NCBI GenBank assembly: GCA_963808625.1
Contig: CAWEHK010000005.1
Location: 1 to 47,432, forward strand
DNA from: an uncultured delta proteobacterium
Lineage (GTDB): Bacteria > Desulfobacterota > Syntrophobacteria > Syntrophobacterales > Syntrophobacteraceae
Reading direction: 5' to 3'
Length of the DNA stretch: 47,432 bases
Below the pieces are notes generated by a model. It worked only from the letters and a program-made list of their open reading frames with translations, had not been told where the DNA came from and ran no database searches. Made by a program: the position numbers and the translations under genes. Below, one piece after another: positions 40,600 through 47,432 of the stretch (position 1 is its first letter; each line of letters starts with the position of its first letter).

Positions 40600-40656
40600 T
40601 GTGGGGCAGGCTTTCCAGCCTGCCATCACCCGGCAGGCTGGAAAGCCTGCCCCACA
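40600..40656. repeat. REP doublet TGTGGGGCAGGCTTTCCAGCCTGCC, copy 2
   Basis: Arms identical to 11143-11210, with a different spacer. Confidence 0.85.
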
Positions 40657-40695
40657 ATCAGGCATCACCAAGAGTCCGACCCTGCGAGAGAAGCA

Positions 40696-41198
40696 CTAAA
40701 CATGCTTTTCCTGATTGCTTAGCTGCTCTTGCACATAATTCATCAGCCCGCCGGCCTGCAGGAGCTGTTGCATGAAAGGAGGCATCGGCTGCGCCGCGTA
40801 CGTCTGCTGCCGCGTATGATTGATGATCAGCCCCTGATCCAGATCATTTCGACCTCATCACCGGTTGCAATGGCAGCGGCGGCTTCCGGCGATTCCAGGA
40901 TGGGCAGTCCCATGTTGAACGCATTGCGGTAAAAGATGCGCGCAAAACTGTGGGCAATGACACAGCTCACCCCGGCGCCTTTGATGGCCACCGGAGCGTG
41001 TTCCCGAGATGACCCGCAGCCGAAATTCTTCCCCGCCACGATGAGGTCCCCCGGCTTGACCTTCCCGGGGAATTCCGCGTCGGCGTCTTCCATGCAATGA
41101 GCCGCGAGAAACCGGGGGTCCGTGCTGATCAGATAGCGTGCCGGGATGATGGCATCCGTATCGATGTCATCGCCGAATTTCCACGCCTTTCCTTTCAA
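40696..41198 (-). CDS. leuD: 3-isopropylmalate dehydratase small subunit, frameshifted
   Basis: [28 protein letters not shown] and GGL motifs. Confidence 0.93.
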
Positions 41199-41214
41199 TG
41201 TTCATTTCTTAACC

Positions 41215-42489
41215 TCATGCTTCAAATCTGCCTCGATCGCCGGGTGAGCGATGCGCCCGGCAACTGCCGAAGCCGCGGCAACCGCCGGATTGCTCAGGTA
41301 GACTTCGCTTTCCGGATGGCCCATGCGCCCGACGAAAGTTCCGGTTGGTGGTGGCCACGGCCCGTTCGCCTGCCGCAAGAATCCCCATGTGCCCGCCCAG
41401 GCAGGGCCCGCAGGTGGGCGTGCTCACCGCCGCTTCGGCCTCGATGAAAATTTCCAGCAGCCTTCCTGCATGGCTGGCGGTAGATCTCGCTGGGTGGCCG
41501 GGATGATCACGCACCGGACCCCGGGGGCGACCTTTCTTCCCCTTGAGGATCTTCGCGGCCTGCTGCAGGTCCTCCAGGCGCCCGTTGGTGCAGGAGCCGA
41601 TCACCACCTGATCGATGGGGATGCTGGGAAGTTCGGTCACCGGGCGCACGTTTTCCGGGGAATGGGGCAAAGCCACCATGGGCTCGAACGCCGGAAACAT
41701 CCCAATCGTACACGAGCTTCATACCGGGCGTCGGCATCGCTCTGGTAGAACTGGTAGGTTCTCTTTGCCCGGCCCTTGACATATTCTTCCGTGATCGCGT
41801 CAGGCGCGATAATGCCCACCTTGGCCCCGGCTTCGATGGCCATATTGCTCATGGTGAAGCGGTCTGCCATGGGGAGGCGTCGATGACCTCGCCGGTGAAC
41901 TCCATCGCCGCATAACGCGCGCCATCCACGCCGATCTGGCCGATGGTATAGAGGATGAGGTCCTTGCCTCCCACCCAGGGCCGCAGCTTGCCGCGAAAGA
42001 TGAACTTGATCGAGGGCGGGACCTTGAACCAGATTTTCCCGGTCATCATCACGGCCGCGAGGTCCGTGCTGCCCACGCCGGTGGCGAAGGCGCCAAGCGC
42101 TCCGTAGGTGCAGGTGTGACTGTCCGCGCCAATCACCACATCCCCCGGAAGCACCAGCCCCTGTTCCGGCAGCAGCGCATGCTCGATACCCATGCGGCCG
42201 ACTTCATAAAAATGGGTAAGCTGCTGTTCGGCCGCGAATTCCCGGAGCACTTTGACCTGCATGGCCGAGGCGATGTCCTTGTTGGGGGCGAAATGATCGG
42301 GAATCAGCGCGATGCGCTCCGGTCGAAGACCTTTTTGGCTCCGGCCCGCCGAAAGGCCTCGATGGCCAAGGGGGCAGTGATATCGTTGCCCAGAGCGAAA
42401 TCGACACTCACTTCGATGAGCTCTCCCGGGCGAAGTTCCGATCTCCCGGCATGGGCGGCCAGGATCTTTTCACTGATGGTCATGGACAT
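41215..42489 (-). CDS. leuC: 3-isopropylmalate dehydratase large subunit, multiple frameshifts
   Basis: [38 protein letters not shown] and TTNRNF motifs. Confidence 0.93.
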
Positions 42490-42517
42490 GATCTAACCCT
42501 TTTTGATCTTATTTCAT

Positions 42518-42583
42518 ACCACGAAGAACACGAAGAGCACGAAGCAGGCAATCCGGCTTCTTCGTGCTCTTCGTGCTCCGTGA
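42518..42583. repeat. CACGAAG 9-mer hairpin without TIRs
   Basis: ACCACGAAGAACACGAAGAGCACGAAG...CTTCGTGCTCTTCGTGCTCCGTG. Confidence 0.8.
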
Positions 42584-42648
42584 AAAAAGAAGAAGGTCGC
42601 CTCCGGACATCTCCTTACGGATGGGTCGCGTCGTCTTGAGGCGTGTTC

Positions 42649-43470
42649 TCATATCTGACCGCAGCCCCGGCGGTATCGCCTTCCCTCGGCGCTCTGTGAG
42701 GCCCGGTAGCGCTTAACGAGGTACTCGAGAGGACCCGAGATGACGTAGGTCAGGAGGGTGGTAAACAACATGGGACCAGGGCTCACCGCCACGACCGTCA
42801 CGAGCACGATCACCAGAAAAAGGACCGGCAAGGGCTTGGATTTCACAAACTCAAAGTCTTTAAAGCTGTTGAAGGGGATCGTGCTTACCATGAGAAAGCC
42901 GAGCAGGTAGGTAAGCACCAGCAGCGGCACCCCCAGGAAGTGGGGCGAAGAGATCTCCCAGCCATCCAGAAAGAGGACCGTGGTCGCAATCATCATCGCC
43001 GCCCCCGGAATGGGCAGACCAACGAAATGCTTGCTGCTCACCGTCCCCACCTGCACATTGAAGCGAGCCAACCGCAAGGCGCCGCACGCCACAAACACGA
43101 ACGCCGCCAGCCACCCCAGCCGACCAAACGGCCGCAGGGCCCAAAGGTAGGCCAGGAGGCCGGGTCCCACGCCAAAGGCAACCAGGTCGGCCAGGGAATC
43201 ATATTCCACACCGAAGCGACTGGTGGCCTTGGTGAGACGGGCAACCTTGCCGTCCAGGATATCGAAAACGCCGGAAAACAGGATTGCCAGCGCCGCCATT
43301 TCAAACTTGCCGTTGATGGCGTTCACGATGCCGAAAAAACCGCAGAAGAGGTTAGCCGTCGTGAAGAGGTTCGGAACGATGTACGTCCCGCGGTGGAACT
43401 TTCCCTCCTGCTCCTTAAAGCGGCGCCATCGGCGTTTCCGTGGCCGTCGTTTTTTTATCTCAGCCGACAT
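42649..43470 (-). CDS. pssA: CDP-diacylglycerol--serine O-phosphatidyltransferase
   Basis: PNLFT, DGKVAR...[17 protein letters not shown] and GLPIP motifs; 3' end uncertain. Confidence 0.95.
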   Translation of the reverse strand: MSAEIKKRRPRKRRWRRFKEQEGKFHRGTYIVPNLFTTANLFCGFFGIVNAINGKFEMAALAILFSGVFDILDGKVARLTKATSRFGVEYDSLADLVAFGVGPGLLAYLWALRPFGRLGWLAAFVFVACGALRLARFNVQVGTVSSKHFVGLPIPGAAMMIATTVLFLDGWEISSPHFLGVPLLVLTYLLGFLMVSTIPFNSFKDFEFVKSKPLPVLFLVIVLVTVVAVSPGPMLFTTLLTYVISGPLEYLVKRYRASQSAEGRRYRRGCGQI

Positions 43471-44121
43471 AGTGTGGTCTCCCCCGCATACACATGTTCA
43501 TTCCGCGAAACCAGAATGTCGCTTTCTGCAGGCACGTAAATGTCCAAGCGGGAACCGAAACGAATCATTCCGAACCGTTCGCCTCGCAAGGACCTGGTCT
43601 CCCACTTTCGGCCAGCAAACAATGCGGCGCGCAATCAAGCCCGCCACCTGGGTCAGGACCACATCGATTCCCGCGTCGCTGCGAATCCACACCCAGTTCT
43701 GCTCATTTTCCTTGCTGGCTTCGGGCTTCTGCGCGGCCCAAAAGCGGCCTTTCCGGTAGTACACGCCATGCACCATACCCGACAGGGGAATGCGGTTCAC
43801 GTGCACGTCAAAAACGGACATAAAAATGCTGATCTTGAGCGACGGACGCTGCGTGAAATGCGTTCCGTCCACGCTTTCGATAAGGATTACCTTACCGTCG
43901 GCGGGGGACACGACGTCCCGGTCGTCGGCCGTAAGAATACGTTCCGGGTCCCGAAAAAAATGGCCCACAAGAAGGGTCAAGACAAACAGCAACCCCGTGA
44001 GAAGAGCATATCCCAGGATGGCCGCAATCAGCGTGGCGAACGCAGACTGCAGCACAAAGGGAATCCCCTCTCGAGCGAAGGGTACGTGTGTTCTCAAATT
44101 GCGAAAGGTTCCGTTATTCAA
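43455..44121 (-). CDS. psd: Phosphatidylserine decarboxylase proenzyme, frameshifted
   Basis: FFRDPER, SPADG, FDVHVNR and [10 protein letters not shown] motifs; IRFGSR and AGET in shifted frames. Confidence 0.92.
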
Positions 44122-44145
44122 AAGCTTGCCTCGAGCCCTAAAAAA

Positions 44146-44344
44146 TCAGGGGTCAGAAATCAGAAGTCAGGAGTCAGAATGCGGAACGCGAAATGAGAAG
44201 CGATCCCTTTTCCAGACTCCTGCTTCCTGGTTAGCTTCTAAAGCAATGTCAGTCACGGCAATGCCCACAAAACGCGAAGGCAGCACCCAAAGGTCGGTGG
44301 CCCCTTGTTCTACTAGCCACTAGCCACTAATCCCTAGCCACTGC
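44146..44344. repeat. Two 7-bp repeat tracts (CAGAAGT family 44146-44181; CTAGCCA family 44311-44344)
   Basis: TCAGGGGTCAGAAATCAGAAGTCAGGAGTCAGAAT; TACTAGCCACTAGCCACTAATCCCTAGCCACT. Confidence 0.75.
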
Positions 44345-44351
44345 TTTAACA

Positions 44352-44450
44352 TTAGACCGTTTTTACGGCATCAAGGAAAGGCATCATCACGCGCAACCGG
44401 GCGCCGACTTCTTCGAGCAGGTGTTGCTTTCCTTCTCTCGCAGGGCCCGG
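44352..44450 (-). pseudogene. C-terminal remnant of a classical short-chain IlvC
   Basis: Minus strand reads ...QHLLEEVGARLRVMMPFLDAVKTV*, matching the H-x-x-E-x-VG-x-x-LR-x-MMP IlvC terminus. Confidence 0.7.
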
Positions 44451-44472
44451 AGTGAGTTTCTTCGGTTAGCTC

Positions 44473-45570
44473 TTAATACTGCCGTCCGCCGACGCCTTTG
44501 GTGGCCTCCGTAATTTCTCTGGCAGGTTCTTTGGGCCGCAGCGACCGCGTGGCCTTGCCCGCCAACCACATTTCGGAATTGCCGATTTCCGACAGTTCTT
44601 TCGCCAGTCCTTGCTGGTAATCCGGCTTACTGCCGGTTTCGAGGACCCGTTTCGTTTCAACGCCTGAGGCGACACGTTCATACAGGTCTTTAAACACCGG
44701 CAGCACGGCTGCTTTGAATTTGGGTTTCCAATCCAACGCGCCACGCTGGGCCGTGGCGGAACAATTGGCATACATCCAATCCATACCGCGTTCGCTCACG
44801 AGTTTGATCAAGCTTTCGGTGAGTTCTTCCACCGTTTCGTTAAAGGCTTCGCTGGGAGAATGGCCGTGTGCGCGCAACACCTCGTACTGCGCTTCCATGA
44901 TGCCCGCCAGCGCCCCCATCAACACACCGCGTTCGCCGGTCAGATCGCTGAACACTTCGTTTTTGAACGTGGTCGGAAAAAGATAGCCGGAGCCAACCGC
45001 GATCCCAAGGGCCAGGCAACGTTCTTTCGCGCGTCCGGTATAGTCCTGGTCCACCGCAAAGCTCGAATTGATCCCCGCACCCGACAGGAAGTTGCGGCGC
45101 ACCGACGTTCCAGAACCTTTAGGCGCCACCAGGATGACATCAACGTTGTTCGGCGGAATCACACCCGTTTGATCTTTATATGTAATAGAGAAACCGTGCG
45201 AAAAATAGAGGGCGTCGCCGGCGTTCAAGCACTTCTTGATGGACGGCCAGATCGCCTGTTGCGCCGCATCCGAGACCAGCATCTGCACGATCGTGCCGCG
45301 CTGCGCCGCTTCTTCCATGTCAAACAGGGTTTTGCCCGGAATCCAGCCGTCTTGCAGGGCGCGGTCCCAATCGCTTGCAAATTGTTTAGCCTGGCCGACA
45401 ATCACGTTGAATCCATTATCCCGCATGTTCAATCCCTGCGCCGGCCCTTGCACGCCGTAGCCAATAACCGCAATCGTTTCGTCTTTCAGCACCTCCAATG
45501 CTTTTTTCATGGTAAATTCTTCGCGAGTGATGACCTCTTCTTTCACGCCACCAAAATCAATAATTGCCAT
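44473..45570 (-). CDS. ilvC: Ketol-acid reductoisomerase (Bacteroidetes/fungal Ilv5-like type)
   Basis: MAIIDFGG...VITREEF, GYGVQG, SHGF, APKGSG, SDLTGERG and CSATAQRGALDW motifs; AAGGAGG RBS. Confidence 0.95.
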   Translation of the reverse strand: MAIIDFGGVKEEVITREEFTMKKALEVLKDETIAVIGYGVQGPAQGLNMRDNGFNVIVGQAKQFASDWDRALQDGWIPGKTLFDMEEAAQRGTIVQMLVSDAAQQAIWPSIKKCLNAGDALYFSHGFSITYKDQTGVIPPNNVDVILVAPKGSGTSVRRNFLSGAGINSSFAVDQDYTGRAKERCLALGIAVGSGYLFPTTFKNEVFSDLTGERGVLMGALAGIMEAQYEVLRAHGHSPSEAFNETVEELTESLIKLVSERGMDWMYANCSATAQRGALDWKPKFKAAVLPVFKDLYERVASGVETKRVLETGSKPDYQQGLAKELSEIGNSEMWLAGKATRSLRPKEPAREITEATKGVGGRQY

Positions 45571-45630
45571 TTCCATATCCTCCTTGGTGATAACAACCCG
45601 CTTTTTGAGGGTTTGGTCATAGAGTGATTC

Positions 45631-45710
45631 AGCCATCAGCCAAGAACAAGAGCTAAGAGCCAATTGCCAGCCAAGAGCTAAGAGCCAAGAGCCAAGAGCT
45701 AACAGCCATC
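45631..45710. repeat. AGAGC(C/T)A 7-bp tandem repeat
   Basis: AAGAGCTAAGAGCCAAGAGCCAAGAGCTAACAGCC. Confidence 0.8.
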
Positions 45711-45712
45711 AA

Positions 45713-46564
45713 TTAGTGTTTTTTGCTCCGAGCCTGTGCTGCTTTCTCCGTCATACGCAGCAACTCACCCCATCGGAACTCCAGTTTCCTGCTGTCTTCC
45801 ACAGCCGCCCTTCTGGGGCGGGCGATGTGTGACACCCCATACTCTTTGAGAAGCTCCAAGATTCCCGAAATCGCACTCTCATTTCCGCTGACTTCAATCG
45901 TGTATGAATCGGCGTGAGTCTCCACCACTCGGCCACCGAAGATGTCCACGATGCGAAGAATTTCACTCCGGTTTTGCGGCTCGACACTGACCTGGATGAA
46001 AACGGTCTTGGTCACGGCCTGCTCCGCTTTGTCCACCTGGGCCAGGAAGTCCTCCCGCTCGGATTCGAGCAGCCGGTTTCGAGCCAGTGCGGCTTTGCCG
46101 GTGCGCGCTATTTCCACGAGGCCGAACCCCCTCAGGAGGTCGATAATCGCCGAAATTTTGCTCTCGTTTCCCGTGACCTCGAGGGTGTAAAAATGAGGGC
46201 TGACGTCCACGATTTTCGCCCGAAAGTGGTCCACGATGCGCAGGATTTCGGCCCGGTTGGGGCCCTCGGCGTTGACCTTGATGAGGGCCATCTCGCGATC
46301 GACAAAATCCTTTTCCCTGAAATCGACGACCTTGATCACATTGATCAATCTCCGAAGCTGATTGATCATCTGATCCATGACCTGATCGTCGCCCGTGGTG
46401 ACCAGGGTGATGCGGGTTATGCCCGGTTCGTGGGTCTCGGCTGCGGTGATGTTTTCGATGTTAAAGCTCCGGCCGCTCAACAACCCGACGATCCGTGCCA
46501 GCACCCCCGGCCGGTTTTCCACCAAAATCCCAATCGTCTGTTTCTGATTGCTCTTTATCTGCAT
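45713..46564 (-). CDS. ilvN: Acetolactate synthase small subunit with a duplicated C-terminal domain
   Basis: ENRPGVLARI ACT domain, REMALIKV...EIARTG, then a second RSEILRIVDIFGGRVV...IEVSG unit. Confidence 0.9.
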   Translation of the reverse strand: MQIKSNQKQTIGILVENRPGVLARIVGLLSGRSFNIENITAAETHEPGITRITLVTTGDDQVMDQMINQLRRLINVIKVVDFREKDFVDREMALIKVNAEGPNRAEILRIVDHFRAKIVDVSPHFYTLEVTGNESKISAIIDLLRGFGLVEIARTGKAALARNRLLESEREDFLAQVDKAEQAVTKTVFIQVSVEPQNRSEILRIVDIFGGRVVETHADSYTIEVSGNESAISGILELLKEYGVSHIARPRRAAVEDSRKLEFRWGELLRMTEKAAQARSKKH

Positions 46565-46579
46565 GTGCGTTCCACTGTA

Positions 46580-47432
46580 TTAGGCAGGCAAAGCCTCCGG
46601 AAGGTCCCTCTCTGCTTCTTTTTCGCTGCCGACCGCCGGCTTCTTGTGGTTGTCCCTGAGTTCCATCTCACAGAGGGTTTTCCCTGGCGGTACGATGGGA
46701 TAAACTCCCTCTTCCGGATCGACGATAAAATCCATCAGGACCGGTTTGTTGACGGCGAATGCTTCCCGAATCATCCCTTCGACCTCTTCGGGTCGTGTTG
46801 CCCTGAGCCCCACGGCGCCATAGGCTTCCGCGAGTTTCACAAAATCCGGCGTCCGGCCGCCATCGAGGCAGGTGCCGGAATAGTTCCGGGCATAGAAGAG
46901 CTCCTGCCACTGGCGCACCATGCCGAGATACTGGTTCCGGAGGATCGCCACCTTCACCGGCAGGTTGTTGCACACGGCGGTGATGAGCTCCTGGATGTTC
47001 ATCTGGATGCTGCCGTCCCCGGCGATATCCACCACCAGGCGGTCGGGAAAGGCCGCCTGCGCGCCGATCGCCGCCGGGAGGCCATAGCCCATCGTGCCGA
47101 GCCCGCCCGAGGTCAGGAAGGTGCGGGGGCGCGTGAAGTGAAAAAACTGTGCCGCCCACATCTGGTTCTGCCCGACTTCGGTCGTGATGATCGCGTCGCC
47201 CTTACAGATTTCGTAGATCTTCTCGATCACGAACTGGGGCTTGATCAGATCGCCCTCATGGTTGTAGCTCAAGGGATGCGCTTCTTCCCACAGGCGGATC
47301 TGCTCGATCCACGGCGCACGCATTCCCTCCACCCCTTTGATGGGATCGGTTTCGGCCAGTTGGATCAATTTCTGGAGAGCGTCCTTGCAGTCCCCCACGA
47401 TGCGCGTATCCACCGGTACCGTTTTGCCCATG
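46580..47432 (-). CDS. ilvB: Acetolactate synthase large subunit (3' part; runs off the window)
   Basis: EVGQNQMW, SGGLGTMG, GDGS...N ThDP motif, LGMVRQWQ and PDFVKLAEAYG. Confidence 0.96.
   Translation of the reverse strand, partial: MGKTVPVDTRIVGDCKDALQKLIQLAETDPIKGVEGMRAPWIEQIRLWEEAHPLSYNHEGDLIKPQFVIEKIYEICKGDAIITTEVGQNQMWAAQFFHFTRPRTFLTSGGLGTMGYGLPAAIGAQAAFPDRLVVDIAGDGSIQMNIQELITAVCNNLPVKVAILRNQYLGMVRQWQELFYARNYSGTCLDGGRTPDFVKLAEAYGAVGLRATRPEEVEGMIREAFAVNKPVLMDFIVDPEEGVYPIVPPGKTLCEMELRDNHKKPAVGSEKEAERDLPEALPA

Overview
A mostly housekeeping window of about 47 kb from a GC-rich bacterium. Gene content and order (ilvB-ilvN-ilvC-psd-pssA-leuCDB-asd; ffh-rpsP-KH-rimM-trmD-SPOUT-rplS-rnhB-yraN-rsmI; moaC-dksA) suggest Desulfobacterota, probably Syntrophobacteraceae-like (inference). 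Many essential genes are split by single-base frameshifts, which I read as uncorrected long-read indel errors and not as pseudogenes. Accessory content: a secreted papain-fold (AvrRpt2/C39-like) peptidase, a cNMP-domain MscS channel, a mosaic of truncated genes downstream of tRNA-Arg(CCG), and a small defence islet (vapBC, a fused type IIG restriction-modification enzyme, an interrupted orphan brnA). Signals not shown in the ORF track: (1) a tryptophan attenuator with a WWW leader peptide upstream of a TrpB2 gene; (2) the leftover C-terminus of a classical ilvC directly behind a Bacteroidetes/fungal-type ilvC, suggesting in situ gene replacement; (3) small elements with terminal inverted repeats and target-site duplications that carry REP-like hairpins; (4) many unrelated intergenic palindrome and 7/9-mer repeat families with no cognate enzyme in the window; (5) a 72-bp tandem array between yraN and rsmI. 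No CRISPR array, rRNA or intact transposase was seen.
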